A stretch of 39,640 bases of DNA from Bacteroidales bacterium. Its GTDB lineage: Bacteria > Bacteroidota > Bacteroidia > Bacteroidales > PUMT01. Below, piece after piece: positions 1 through 10,102 of this stretch (its first letter is position 1; each line of letters opens with the position of its first letter). Position numbers and translations under genes: made by a program. The notes under the pieces were generated by a model that worked only from the letters and a program-made list of their open reading frames with translations, was not told the origin of the DNA and did no database searches. The stretch lies in assembly GCA_007131165.1 (NCBI GenBank), contig SLRB01000129.1, positions 1 to 39,640 of the forward strand, in the 5' to 3' direction.

Positions 1-227
1 AGGTAAGCTCAGTTTCAAATTTCGAAACTTTCCAGTCAAACAGGATGATGCTGAGATATCGTGATAAAGATGGGAAAAAGATCCAGCCTGTTCACACACT
101 CAATGGGAGTGCCCTTGCCTTGCCCAGGATACTGGCAGCCCTTCTTGAAAACAACCAGACAACTGACGGGATAAAAATTCCCCTGCCACTGGCCGGAAGG
201 TGTGGATTTGATATAATAAGCTCCTGA
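1..227 (+). CDS. serS: Seryl-tRNA synthetase, C-terminal fragment (5' end lies outside the window; reading frame starts at nt 3)
   Basis: Frame 3 is open from the window edge and reads VSSVSNFETFQSNRMMLRYRDKDGKKIQPVHTLNGSALALPRILAALLENNQ. This matches the conserved class II SerS C-terminus (TLNGSxLAxxRxxxAxLENxQ). Stop codon at 225-227. Confidence 0.85.
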   Translation, partial: VSSVSNFETFQSNRMMLRYRDKDGKKIQPVHTLNGSALALPRILAALLENNQTTDGIKIPLPLAGRCGFDIISS

Positions 228-231
228 GGCC

Positions 232-1167
232 ATGGTCCGGAACCTGCATGCAAAAGATCCGGCGAAAGCATATTTATATGCCGGGCTTGCTGTATTGTTC
301 TGGTCGACTGCAGCATCTGCATTCAAACTTACACTGGAGCATTCAACACCCTTGCAGATACTTTTCGTTGCAGCTCTAACGAGTTGTATAGCACTGGCCG
401 CTGTTCTGATTGCGCAGGGCAAGATGCATCTCCTTAAAGGAACTACGCCCGCGCAGCTGCTTTATTCGGCAGCAATGGGCCTGCTCAACCCGTTTATGTA
501 CTATCTTGTGCTTCTTGAGGCATACTCCCTGCTTCCGGCACAGGTGGCGCAGCCGCTCAACTTTACGTGGCCCATTATGCTGGTTTTGTTGTCGGTACCG
601 CTGCTAAGGCAACCGGTATCGCCTGCCAGCCTTGTTACGATGCTGATAAGTTTTGCAGGTGTTTACCTTATATCTTCACAAGGAAGGCCTTTTGCATTCA
701 GGGTAGCTGACCCCCTGGGAGTATCTCTTGCCCTTGGAAGCTCGGTAATATGGGCGCTTTTCTGGATATATAATGTGAGGGATAACAGGAATGAGGTTGT
801 TAAATTGTTTTTATCCTTTTCTTTTGCTTCAGTTTTTGCTGCTGTTGCAATGCTGGTTACTTCAGGGTTTAGCGGACTGAACCTGTATGGTGCAGCAGGC
901 GGTGTTTATATTGGGCTTTTTGAAATGGGATTTACATTTGTATTCTGGCTCAAGGCAATGCAATTTGCTGTGTCGGCCGACAGGATCAGCAATATGATAT
1001 ACATTACACCTTTTATGGCGCTGGTTCTGATAAGTATCATACTTGGCGAACATATACACCTGACGACCGTGGGGGGCCTGGTTCTTATAGTGGCGGGAAT
1101 TGTCCTTCAGAAACTGACATTGCCGGTCAGGATTGAAGGCACGGAGCACCGGCAAAAAAAGAAATAA
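232..1167 (+). CDS. EamA/DMT-superfamily membrane transporter
   Basis: 311 aa and very hydrophobic, with about 10 predicted TM segments arranged as two similar halves, typical of drug/metabolite transporters. It starts 5 nt after the serS stop. Confidence 0.7.
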   Translation: MVRNLHAKDPAKAYLYAGLAVLFWSTAASAFKLTLEHSTPLQILFVAALTSCIALAAVLIAQGKMHLLKGTTPAQLLYSAAMGLLNPFMYYLVLLEAYSLLPAQVAQPLNFTWPIMLVLLSVPLLRQPVSPASLVTMLISFAGVYLISSQGRPFAFRVADPLGVSLALGSSVIWALFWIYNVRDNRNEVVKLFLSFSFASVFAAVAMLVTSGFSGLNLYGAAGGVYIGLFEMGFTFVFWLKAMQFAVSADRISNMIYITPFMALVLISIILGEHIHLTTVGGLVLIVAGIVLQKLTLPVRIEGTEHRQKKK

Positions 1168-1289
1168 ACTCCGGAAGAAAAACGTTTAAACTTATTATTG
1201 CCCAAATTTGTTAATATACCGGTATATTTCGACTTACAGAAGGAACTGCTTCGCTTAAATAAATATTTGATTATAATCTGCCTGAAACC

Positions 1290-2591
1290 ATGGAAAAGAA
1301 AAAGTACAGATTTATATTCCCGTTGCTCCTTGTTTTAATTTCAGCAGCCTTTCTTGTCTCCTCCTGCACCAAGGAAGAGGATGATCTGGATGATGACCAG
1401 CGAGTTGCCGAAAACACCGAGTTTTACAAGCTGATGCGTGAGTGGTACTACTGGTATGACAAGATGCCTGACATCAACCCGGCCAGCCAAATGTACAGGG
1501 ACGTATATGATGTGATGGAAGCGATACGCCACCTGCCACTTGACAGGTGGAGCTATATTACAAGCAAGGAAGAATTTGACTCCTACTACCTTGAATCAAA
1601 ATTTATAGGTTATGGTTTCGGGTCTGCATTCGATGCGCAGGGGAACCTCAGGGTTACATTCATATTCAATACGGTCGGTATGTATGAAAAAGGGGTGAGG
1701 CGAAGCTGGATCCTCAGGGAGGTTAACGGCACAACTGTCCGTCCCGGGGTTAATATAAACCAGCTCTTGGGTGCTAACGAGATTGGCGTTTCCAATAATT
1801 TCCTCTTCATTGATCCGGATGGCGAAGAGGTAGCGATGACACTTTCGAAGGATGAGGTTTTCATGAACACAGTGCTGCACAAAGAGGTGATCGAATACGG
1901 TGGTATAAATGCCGGGTACCTGGTATTCAAGAATTTTACCACACCCTCATTTGATGAACTGGAGGAGGCTGTTGACTATTTCAATGCCGAGGGGATCGAT
2001 GAACTGATCCTTGACCTCAGGTACAACGGGGGCGGACAGACCAATGTGGCAAATTTCCTGGCCAGCATTATCGGGGGTGAAAAAGTTGCGGACAAGCCTT
2101 TTGCCAAATATCTGTACAACGAAAAGAAGGCAGAGGATCATAACTTTATTGACTCAATGAAATATGAGTCCAATATTTTTAATGTCGACCGGCTTATTAC
2201 CATTACAACAAGGGCAACTGCCTCTGCCAGTGAGATGGTGATCAACGGGCTGAAGCCTTTTATGGATGTATATATTGTGGGTGACAATACTTATGGTAAG
2301 CCAATGGGAATGAATGCCTGGTATTACGGCGACAAATATGCTTTCGTACCGGTTACATTTAAGATAGCCAATGCCAACGGTGACGGCGATTATTTTGACG
2401 GACTTGTTGCAAATTCTTATGTTGCCGACGATATAACCAGGCCTTTCGGCGATCCTGAGGAAGCGTCACTTAAAGAGGCACTTGAATTTATTGTTACAGG
2501 GGCGTTTAGCGGGCTGCCCCGGAAAAAGTCACTTTACGTGCAACCTTTTGAGGAGATGAAAGGAATAAGGGCAGAGATAGGCGCTCATTAA
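1290..2591 (+). CDS. Peptidase S41 family lipoprotein (C-terminal processing peptidase-like)
   Basis: Signal peptide followed by a lipobox Cys (LVSSC). Contains the S41-type motifs [12 protein letters not shown] and [11 protein letters not shown]. Confidence 0.75.
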   Translation: MEKKKYRFIFPLLLVLISAAFLVSSCTKEEDDLDDDQRVAENTEFYKLMREWYYWYDKMPDINPASQMYRDVYDVMEAIRHLPLDRWSYITSKEEFDSYYLESKFIGYGFGSAFDAQGNLRVTFIFNTVGMYEKGVRRSWILREVNGTTVRPGVNINQLLGANEIGVSNNFLFIDPDGEEVAMTLSKDEVFMNTVLHKEVIEYGGINAGYLVFKNFTTPSFDELEEAVDYFNAEGIDELILDLRYNGGGQTNVANFLASIIGGEKVADKPFAKYLYNEKKAEDHNFIDSMKYESNIFNVDRLITITTRATASASEMVINGLKPFMDVYIVGDNTYGKPMGMNAWYYGDKYAFVPVTFKIANANGDGDYFDGLVANSYVADDITRPFGDPEEASLKEALEFIVTGAFSGLPRKKSLYVQPFEEMKGIRAEIGAH

Positions 2592-2595
2592 TAGT

Positions 2596-3207
2596 ATGGC
2601 ATTCTTTCCATGTACACAATTTTGTGGAAAATATGTCAAAATAACTAATACGGATTTGGAGAAAGAGAGAATAATACTCGGTATTGATCCCGGTACTACA
2701 ATGATGGGATACGGCCTTATCAAAGCGACCGGCAAGACTCCCACCATGCTGGCGCTGGGGGTTATCGAGCTGAGGAAATTTTCCAATCATTACCTGAAGC
2801 TCCAGAAGATATTCGAGCGGACCCTGCACCTTATTGACCAGTATCATCCCGATGAGATTGCCATAGAAGCTCCTTTTTACGGTAAAAATGTTCAATCGAT
2901 GCTGAAGCTTGGCCGTGCCCAGGGTGTTGCAATGGCAGCGGGTCTATACAGGTCGCTTCCGATATTTGAGTATGCCCCGCTAAGGATAAAGCAGGCCATT
3001 ACCGGCCAGGGCAGCGCATCTAAAGAACAGGTGGCCCTCATGCTTCAGAAGATGCTTGACATACCTGAGCTTCCCGATAACCTTGATGCAACCGACGGCC
3101 TTGCTGCCGCTCTGTGCCATTTTTACCAGAATGAACTTGCACAGAAGGTTCAGGGATACAAATCATGGAAGGATTTTATTTCGAAAAATCCGGGCAGGAT
3201 CGGATGA
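2596..3207 (+). CDS. ruvC: Crossover junction endodeoxyribonuclease RuvC
   Basis: [16 protein letters not shown] at the N-terminus and a RuvC-like remainder ([31 protein letters not shown]). The start is uncertain: the ATG at 2596 gives an unusually long 25-aa leader, and the in-frame TTG at 2656 is an alternative. Confidence 0.88.
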   Translation: MAFFPCTQFCGKYVKITNTDLEKERIILGIDPGTTMMGYGLIKATGKTPTMLALGVIELRKFSNHYLKLQKIFERTLHLIDQYHPDEIAIEAPFYGKNVQSMLKLGRAQGVAMAAGLYRSLPIFEYAPLRIKQAITGQGSASKEQVALMLQKMLDIPELPDNLDATDGLAAALCHFYQNELAQKVQGYKSWKDFISKNPGRIG

Positions 3208-3320
3208 GAGTCTAAGCGGCGGTCAGCACTTCAGTTAACGACCGGGTACAAACAACCGGGTACGGATCAGGCAAAACCCTTGATATACTGCAAGCAGGAG
3301 AGATACGACAGGTAATTATG

Positions 3321-3557
3321 TCAGCCTGATCGTGAAAACAGATTGGGCTTCTCATCCAGTCCGAAAAGGGTGGGATGATCTTCGTCAAATTTCTTCAGGA
3401 TTGCTGTGACTATGGTTTCCCGCATGAATTTGGACTTGTTGCTCACCCTGTATTTTTCGCAGTAACGATTTATGGCCCTCATCTCGCGGGCATTGAGCAG
3501 GAAGGATTGCTTGTGGACCCTTTTCATCTGCTCATCTTTACGAACTTTATTCTTCAT
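3321..3557 (-). CDS. Small basic hypothetical protein, possibly a ribbon-helix-helix-like DNA binder
   Basis: 78 aa counted from the internal Met (MKNKVRKDEQMKR...). It is Lys/Arg-rich with a short strand-like segment followed by helices (SFLLNAREMRAINRYCEKY...FMRETIVTAILKKF). The longer 108-aa form starting at 3647 adds an implausible Cys/Arg-rich leader and would cross a hairpin. The functional call is inference only. Confidence 0.45.
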   Translation of the reverse strand: MKNKVRKDEQMKRVHKQSFLLNAREMRAINRYCEKYRVSNKSKFMRETIVTAILKKFDEDHPTLFGLDEKPNLFSRSG

Positions 3558-3714
3558 ATTGTAAAAAGAATGCCGGTGAAAACAAATGCCCGCCCTTACG
3601 GCGGTACGGTTCGTTTCCAAAAATACCGGTCGCCGGCATATTTTCAAAGGATAAACGGGAGTAAAGTTGTTGATTGTTGATAATTCATGTGGTTATCAAC
3701 AAATGTTGTGGCTA

Positions 3715-4164
3715 TTAGTATGGTTTCCACATCCGCCATTCTATTTTTTTGCCATCTTCATAACGTTCAAGACGCATATCGGCGTAGGCAAGCCTTGTAA
3801 TATCCCAGACCAGGGTGAACTCTTCCCTGACCCCCATGTTAAAGTGCATCTCGATCTGCCTGTCGCTGTTAATGAATTTCCATTCACCCTGGATACCGTA
3901 TGTGTCCCACGGGTTGTTGCCGTAATATCCCTGGATCCAGTAAAGGAAACCGTCTCGTCTCATATTTACATTATGATTGGCATACTCTTCGGTTTTATCT
4001 ACTCCATCTTCCCTAACAAGCTCAAAATACCAGTTACCGGTGGCCCGCTCCTTTCTCGAATATATACTGAACCAGGGCCCGTCGTCATACTTTTTGCATG
4101 AAACAGCCGGTATCATTAGCAGCACGATCAATGCCAGCAGGGCAACGTTTTTGAATTTTTGCAT
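3715..4164 (-). CDS. Hypothetical lipoprotein, possibly with a lipocalin-like beta-barrel
   Basis: Signal peptide plus lipobox (MIPAVSCKK), an aromatic/Gly-rich mature part, and a TATATTTG -7 box 30 nt upstream. The overlapping plus-strand ORF 3667-4101 looks like an antisense artefact. Confidence 0.6.
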   Translation of the reverse strand: MQKFKNVALLALIVLLMIPAVSCKKYDDGPWFSIYSRKERATGNWYFELVREDGVDKTEEYANHNVNMRRDGFLYWIQGYYGNNPWDTYGIQGEWKFINSDRQIEMHFNMGVREEFTLVWDITRLAYADMRLERYEDGKKIEWRMWKPY

Positions 4165-4193
4165 TTTTTCAGAATATGGATGTTCAATAATTG

Positions 4194-4201
4194 CAAATAT
4201 A
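4194..4201 (-). promoter_or_regulatory. Bacteroidota -7 promoter box TATATTTG (read on the minus strand) for the 3715-4164 lipoprotein gene
   Basis: Exact match to TAnnTTTG, 30 nt upstream of the ATG at 4164. Confidence 0.45.
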
Positions 4202-4302
4202 ATTACAATTTAAGACTTGTTTGGCACGGGTTACAAAACACAACTTGCTACCCGCTACGTTACAGGTAAAGGTTGCGTCACCGGCCATTATAACTTTCCC
4301 CT

Positions 4303-5736
4303 TCAGAGCAGGGCACCCCTGATCTCCCTCAGGCTTATTAGTTTTACCAAAACTGCGGTCACCAGACCAGCAGCCGTGGTTATAACAAACCCTGTGACCG
4401 GGCCGGGTACCATGGCCCTTGAAAGTGCTCCTGCACTAATCAGGGTTAAAAGGAAAACGGCAAACCGGATAATAAATTTTCCTGATGGTATTAAATTGAA
4501 TAGCTTCATTACAAGTGCCAGCTGAAGCATTGCTGCAAAAGACTGGGTGACCATGCTGGCCAGAGCAGAGCCCTGTGCCTGGTAACGGGGTATCAGCAAA
4601 AGGTTCAGTCCTATATTGAGAAGCACACTGAATGCAGCTATTATGTTCAGGTACCTGATATTTCCATTGGCAGTTAGCAAGGTTCCCGAAATGATCGAGC
4701 AACTAACAAATACAAAGCTTACCATCAGATAACCAAAAACCACTGATGATTCAGCGGTATGCTCCCTGTACAACAGATCCATTACTTCAAAGCTGTAAAA
4801 GTTGAGGGCGACAGCGCCGGTAACTGCCGGGATTATGAGAAGCATAAATGAGAACCGGAAGAGCTGCCCCACCGGTTCGTCCTGCTTTATCATCCTTGAA
4901 AACATAGGCAGCAGGATGCCTGCAAAAAGGAACCCGAGCATCGATGCAGCATCAAGTATACGGAACCCCTGGGCATATATACCAGCCTGAAGCATGCCGT
5001 CTGAAAGCATCCTTTCAAGCATTACCGAATCGGTACGGTAGTAGAGTACCATCATAAGGCCCAGCAATGCATAAGGATAGCTTTGCTTCAACATTTTGCG
5101 TGTAACCGAAAAGTCCAGCCTGAGTTCTGAAAAGGCCACATATTTAAGCAGGATGACCACTATAATGATTGTTGTCATGAAATAGGCTGCTGTCTGGGCG
5201 TATACGAACCACTCAATCCTGAACGTCGAACCGGTAACGTTTCCCCATAACAACACACTGCATATAACAATCATCAACAGACGGTCGGTTACCGAAAGGA
5301 GACTGTCTGTGCGGAAGAGCTGCAACCCGCTAATATTGCTTCTGAGATAGATATTTAGCGAATTTAGAAACTGGTTAAAAAGGAGGATCACCAGCAGGTT
5401 GACCTGTACTGCTGTGTAGCCGAGAAGGTAAGCAATCGAAAGACTTGCCACGAAGTAGGCAAGTGCAAGGAGCAGCTTGAGGTTTATAATATTGGGGAGC
5501 AACCCGGGCAGAAGATTGTGATCCCTCGCTATGTTGCGGCTGTTGAAGCTTGCTATCCCAATATCCTGGATGATATTCAGCAGCAGAGAGAAGCTAAGAA
5601 GTGAGAAATAGAAACCATACTCGCCGGCACCCACGGTATTCTGAACAGTCAGGTCTATACCCAATACCCAAAATGGTTTGACCAACAGGTTAAGAATAAT
5701 TAATAATGTTAGATTTGTAAGGAATTTACGTTTCAT
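4303..5736 (-). CDS. Polysaccharide/oligosaccharide flippase (MOP superfamily, Wzx-like)
   Basis: 477 aa with about 12-14 TM segments. Length and topology are typical of Wzx-type polysaccharide biosynthesis proteins, and it is divergent from a glycosyltransferase gene. Confidence 0.65.
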   Translation of the reverse strand: MKRKFLTNLTLLIILNLLVKPFWVLGIDLTVQNTVGAGEYGFYFSLLSFSLLLNIIQDIGIASFNSRNIARDHNLLPGLLPNIINLKLLLALAYFVASLSIAYLLGYTAVQVNLLVILLFNQFLNSLNIYLRSNISGLQLFRTDSLLSVTDRLLMIVICSVLLWGNVTGSTFRIEWFVYAQTAAYFMTTIIIVVILLKYVAFSELRLDFSVTRKMLKQSYPYALLGLMMVLYYRTDSVMLERMLSDGMLQAGIYAQGFRILDAASMLGFLFAGILLPMFSRMIKQDEPVGQLFRFSFMLLIIPAVTGAVALNFYSFEVMDLLYREHTAESSVVFGYLMVSFVFVSCSIISGTLLTANGNIRYLNIIAAFSVLLNIGLNLLLIPRYQAQGSALASMVTQSFAAMLQLALVMKLFNLIPSGKFIIRFAVFLLTLISAGALSRAMVPGPVTGFVITTAAGLVTAVLVKLISLREIRGALL

Positions 5737-5901
5737 TCAAAAGGGCCGGGTTGTAATAAATAACTAAAAATAGATATTAATATTGACATCATCAGCATCC
5801 TGTAGAAGGTATAGGCCGGCAGTGATACAGCCGGTCCTGAAAATCCGGGCGGTTGGCCCGGGCATACGGGGATGTGGTAATGCAGTATTTAAAATATCCT
5901 T

Positions 5902-7032
5902 ATGAGGATCGCTGTTAATACAAGGCTTTTGTTGCCCGGAAAACTGGAGGGTATCGGGTGGTTTGCTTTTGAAACACTGAAAAGGATCACAAAAGGCAAC
6001 CCACAACATGAATTTATCTTTCTTTTTGACCGGCCCTGGTCTGATGATTTTGTTTTTTCAGATAATGTAACACCGTTGGAAGTCAAGCCTCCTGCCAGGC
6101 ACCCGCTCCTCTGGTATACCTGGTTGGAATACTCTCTGCCGGGGGTTCTGAAGCAATGTGGTGCAGAACTGTTCCTTTCTCCCGACGGTTACATTTCTCT
6201 TTCGTCCGGTGTCCCCTCCGTGGCTGTAATTCACGACATTAACTTCATGCACAGGCCTGATTTCCACCCATTTCTAACGAGGAAATATTACAGGAGATAT
6301 TTCCCCAGGTTTGCCTCGGCGGCAAAGAGAATTGTAACTGTTTCCGATTATTCCAGGAGCGATATAATAAGAACATTCGGGGTTCCTCCAGGCAAGGTCG
6401 ATGTAGTTTATAATGGTGCCGGACAGGATTTTTATCCACTTAACGGCGAAGATAAAGGCAAGGTGAGAGATGAGGTAGCCGGAGGTAAAGATTACTTTCT
6501 TTTTGTAGGTTCATTCCACCGCAGGAAAAATATAACCGGACTGCTAAGGGCCTATGATCTGTTCAGGGAAAGAAACAGGCACAATATCAGGTTGGTACTT
6601 GCAGGAGAGAGAATGTACGGTTACCCGGAAATGCAGAGAACAATCTCCCGGATGGCCCACAGCAATGATGTCCTATTTACCGGATACAAAGACCCATCGC
6701 AACTAAGGCAGATTTACGGGGCTGCGCTTGGTCTGGTATATATTCCTCTTTTTGAGGGATTCGGGATACCATTAATCGAGGCTATGAACTGCGACACTCC
6801 GGTTATTGCCTCAAACAACACCTCCATACCGGAGGTGACAGGTGATGCTGCACACCTGGTAGATCCGGAAAGCGCGGGGTCGGTAGCAGAAGCGATGGAA
6901 AAGTTAGCAACTGACATGAATTACAGGAATATGCTTGTTGAACGTGGAAGAGAGAGAAGAAAACTGTTTTCATGGGAACGGACCGCAAAGCTGTTATGGG
7001 AATCGGTCGAAAAGACAATGCAGGAGATTTGA
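5902..7032 (+). CDS. Glycosyltransferase family 4 (GT-B fold)
   Basis: C-terminal GT4 signature region FVGSFHRRKN...LFEGFGIPLIEAMNCDTPVIASNNTSIPEVTGDAA (the EX7E region). Confidence 0.8.
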   Translation: MRIAVNTRLLLPGKLEGIGWFAFETLKRITKGNPQHEFIFLFDRPWSDDFVFSDNVTPLEVKPPARHPLLWYTWLEYSLPGVLKQCGAELFLSPDGYISLSSGVPSVAVIHDINFMHRPDFHPFLTRKYYRRYFPRFASAAKRIVTVSDYSRSDIIRTFGVPPGKVDVVYNGAGQDFYPLNGEDKGKVRDEVAGGKDYFLFVGSFHRRKNITGLLRAYDLFRERNRHNIRLVLAGERMYGYPEMQRTISRMAHSNDVLFTGYKDPSQLRQIYGAALGLVYIPLFEGFGIPLIEAMNCDTPVIASNNTSIPEVTGDAAHLVDPESAGSVAEAMEKLATDMNYRNMLVERGRERRKLFSWERTAKLLWESVEKTMQEI

Positions 7033-7088
7033 AGCCAATAGCTGCCCCCTATCCGGGACAGGTTAGGGTTTGTTAGATTATCATAACT

Positions 7089-7694
7089 ATGTTAACAGCC
7101 TTTTACAGGAATGATGTAACCGAAGCAGGATGTGATGAAGCAGGCAGGGGGTGTCTTGCAGGCCCCGTTGTTGCTGCTGCAGTTGTATTGCCGGCAAATT
7201 ATGAAAACCCATTACTCAGGGATTCTAAAAAACTGACCCCTGCAAGGCGAGAACTGCTGCGTGCCGAACTGGAACAAACTGCGGTGTCATGGGGTATTGG
7301 AGTAGTATGCAATGAAGAGATTGACAGGTTAAATATCCTCAAGGCATCGTTTCTTGCCATGCACAGGGCACTGGACCAACTCGCTGCTACACCGGGCCAC
7401 ATCCTGGTTGACGGTAACCGCTTCACTCCGTACAGGGGAATCCCCCACACCTGCGTTGTTAGGGGAGATTCTCTATATATGAGCATTGCTGCAGCATCAG
7501 TACTTGCAAAAACACACCGTGACGATCTGATGAAAAGCCTGCATTTGCAATTCCCGGTTTACGGATGGAGCAATAACAAGGGTTATCCTACCAGGATGCA
7601 TACCCGGGCAATAAAGCAACACGGACTAAGTCCGCTTCACCGTAGAAGTTTCAGGATCAAACCTGTTCAGAAAAGCATTGACTTCAGTAATTGA
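7089..7694 (+). CDS. rnhB: Ribonuclease HII
   Basis: N-terminal AGCDEAGRGCLAGPVVAAAVVL (DEAGRG catalytic motif). Size of 201 aa and a C-terminal KGYPT...H motif. Confidence 0.9.
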   Translation: MLTAFYRNDVTEAGCDEAGRGCLAGPVVAAAVVLPANYENPLLRDSKKLTPARRELLRAELEQTAVSWGIGVVCNEEIDRLNILKASFLAMHRALDQLAATPGHILVDGNRFTPYRGIPHTCVVRGDSLYMSIAAASVLAKTHRDDLMKSLHLQFPVYGWSNNKGYPTRMHTRAIKQHGLSPLHRRSFRIKPVQKSIDFSN

Positions 7695-7901
7695 CAGTGA
7701 CACATGTATAGCTCTGTACTGCTATCTCCCGGCCCGGTTGACTATTGCGGGCTGACAGATATTTCTGGAAAATTGAAAAATATTTATGATATATTAGCAA
7801 CAGAATTAATACGTAATACCTATCATATTTTCTGCCGGACCGGATATGTGTCATACCGCTCCTTAAACTACCTCAAATATTAACAGATTAACCTGGTTAT
7901 C

Positions 7902-10055
7902 ATGCGCAAAAATCTGACACTTCTTATTACACTGTTGTTTGTCTGCTCTCTCAGTATAGAGGCCGATGAAGGTATGTGGATGCTGCCCTATCTTGAAAAG
8001 CTTAATATTGAGCGTATGAGGGAACTGGGACTTGAACTTGATGCAGATGATATATACAATATAAACCGTTCAAGCCTTAAGGATGCTGTTGTCATATTTG
8101 GTGGTGGCTGCACTGGAGAGATGATATCAGACCGTGGCCTTCTGCTTACAAATCATCATTGCGGTTACAGTGTCATTCAGTCACACTCTACCATTGAAAA
8201 CGATTACCTTTCTGATGGTTTCTGGGCTGCCTCCCCTGATCAGGAGATCCCCTCGCCGGGCTTATCGGTTGTTTTCCTGGTACGTATTGAAGATGTAACC
8301 GACAGTATCCTTGATCAGCTTGATCCTGATCTTGGCGAAGCTGAGAGAAGCATCATGATAAACCTTCTTTCCAGGAGGCTGGAGCGTGAGGCAACACAGG
8401 AAACCCATTATTTTGCAAGGGTTCAGCCTTTCTTTGGGGGTAACAGGTATTATATGATGGTTTATGAACGGTTTACTGATGTTCGTCTGGCCGGAACTCC
8501 ACCCTCCTCAATAGGAAAATATGGTGGTGACACCGATAACTGGATGTGGCCAAGGCATACGGGAGATTTTGCCTTATTCAGGGTCTATAGCGGACCTGAC
8601 GGGTTACCCGCTGACTACTCCGAAGATAACATACCTGTGAGACCGAAGCATCATCTGCCTGTCTCGATGAGAGGTGTTGAGCCCGGTGATTTTGCCATGG
8701 TTCTGGGCTACCCAGGTGGGACAACCAGGTATATGACCTCTTATGAGGTTGATGATGTTCTCCGGATAACCCATCCCAACAGGATCAAGATAAGAGGCCT
8801 GCGTCAGGATATTCTTATAGAGGATATGCTGGCCAGCGATAAGGTCAGGATCCAGTATGCCAATAAATATTCTAATTCAAGCAATTACTGGAAATTTTCG
8901 ATAGGGCAGAGTGAGGTGCTTGAAAGGCTTGGTATCTATGATCGTAAAAAAACCATTGAGCAGGAATTCCGCGAATGGATGGCAAATGACCGGGAGCGGA
9001 GCATACAGTATGGTGATGCACTCGGGCTTATAGAACGTGCGGTAATAAGCAGGAGGGATTACAGCCATGCTATACAGTATATTAATGAGGCTATTTTGAG
9101 AAGCTGTGAAATTGTTACAATGGCAAACCGGGCAAATAACCTGCAACGATTGCTTGCAGAAGGAAGTGCTGGACAACAGGAGATTGCCGGTGCTGTTGAA
9201 ACTCTCAGTAACGCGGCAGGATCTTTTTACAGGGATTACAATCCTCCAACCGACAGGAAAGTGGTAGCTGCCATGCTTGAGCTATTTTACGCCGATGTTG
9301 ATACCGAATACCATCCTACGGTGCTTTCCGGTATCTACGAGCAATATGAAGGTGACTTTGAGGCATATGCAGCACATCTTTTTGATAATTCCGTTTTTGC
9401 GTCGGAACAATGTCTTATGGATTTCCTTGAAGATCCCATTTCCGGGGTACTTGACAATGACCCTGCCCTGATGCTGGCAAGATCGACCTTCGAAAAGCTG
9501 GGTGAGCTAAGGGAGGCTTCCCAGGAGTATTCCCATGACATGTCGAGGGGACAAAGACTGTTTATGGCGGGACTTATGGAGATGCATCCCGACAGTACCT
9601 TCTACCCGGATGCTAACTTTTCAATGCGTCTTACATATGGTACAGCAGGTGGTTATAATCCGCGCAATGCTGTATGGTACGACCATATTACCACTCTGGA
9701 CGGGGTGATGGAGAAGGAAGACCCGGATCATCACGAGTTTGTTGTACCTGAGAGGCTCAGGGAACTATACAGTGAACGGGATTATGGGCATTACGGGGTT
9801 AACGGACTAATGCCTGTTAATTTCATAACTAATAATGATATTACCGGTGGCAACTCGGGTAGTCCTGTGATAAATGCCCGGGGAGAACTTACGGGACTGG
9901 TGTTCGACGGCAACTGGGAGGCAATGAGCGGAGATATAGCCTTTGAACCGGAGCTGCAGCGATCAATTGCCGTCGATATACGCTATATACTGTTTATAAT
10001 TGACAAGTATGCCGGGGCTTCGCATTTTATAGAAGAGATGACCATTGTAAACTAA
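7902..10055 (+). CDS. Peptidase S46 dipeptidyl-peptidase, DPP7-like
   Basis: Signal peptide then ADEGMWM. Catalytic His in TNHHCG and catalytic Ser in GGNSGSPV. The residue 18 positions after the catalytic Ser is Gly (…GLVFDG), which is the position that separates DPP7 (Gly) from the Asp/Glu-specific DPP11 (Arg) in Porphyromonas. Confidence 0.85.
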   Translation: MRKNLTLLITLLFVCSLSIEADEGMWMLPYLEKLNIERMRELGLELDADDIYNINRSSLKDAVVIFGGGCTGEMISDRGLLLTNHHCGYSVIQSHSTIENDYLSDGFWAASPDQEIPSPGLSVVFLVRIEDVTDSILDQLDPDLGEAERSIMINLLSRRLEREATQETHYFARVQPFFGGNRYYMMVYERFTDVRLAGTPPSSIGKYGGDTDNWMWPRHTGDFALFRVYSGPDGLPADYSEDNIPVRPKHHLPVSMRGVEPGDFAMVLGYPGGTTRYMTSYEVDDVLRITHPNRIKIRGLRQDILIEDMLASDKVRIQYANKYSNSSNYWKFSIGQSEVLERLGIYDRKKTIEQEFREWMANDRERSIQYGDALGLIERAVISRRDYSHAIQYINEAILRSCEIVTMANRANNLQRLLAEGSAGQQEIAGAVETLSNAAGSFYRDYNPPTDRKVVAAMLELFYADVDTEYHPTVLSGIYEQYEGDFEAYAAHLFDNSVFASEQCLMDFLEDPISGVLDNDPALMLARSTFEKLGELREASQEYSHDMSRGQRLFMAGLMEMHPDSTFYPDANFSMRLTYGTAGGYNPRNAVWYDHITTLDGVMEKEDPDHHEFVVPERLRELYSERDYGHYGVNGLMPVNFITNNDITGGNSGSPVINARGELTGLVFDGNWEAMSGDIAFEPELQRSIAVDIRYILFIIDKYAGASHFIEEMTIVN

Positions 10056-10102
10056 GATAAATTCTTGCTGATTTCAGAAGGCAGATTGCCGCCAGGACTC
10101 AA

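Noticed and set aside
3056-3238. A 60-aa ORF containing the string LSGGQ, the ABC-ATPase signature. I noticed it while looking for the missing ATPase of the FtsX array.
   Set aside because: It is an out-of-frame ORF overlapping the 3' end of ruvC, has no Walker A or B motifs, and is far too short. The match is a coincidental pentapeptide.
3241-3263. ACCGGGTAC occurs twice here, in the ruvC convergent spacer. Its reverse complement GTACCCGG occurs twice in the 37016-37065 tandem repeat, which suggested a dispersed REP-like element marking convergent spacers.
   Set aside because: The shared core is only 8 nt, and CCGGGTAC also occurs inside a CDS (1912-1919). Similarity outside the core is weak, so this is not enough to claim a repeat family from this window alone.
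3375-4101. Plus-strand ORFs 3375-3680 and 3667-4101, which oppose the two minus-strand genes.
   Set aside because: The minus-strand products have real protein features: a lipoprotein signal with a promoter box, and a coherent basic helical protein. The plus-strand translations are low-quality and hydrophobic or aromatic.
7697-7855. An inverted 8-mer pair, TGACACAT and ATGTGTCA, about 150 nt apart upstream of the S46 peptidase gene.
   Set aside because: The arms are short and the loop is long, so this is well within chance expectation for an AT-rich spacer.
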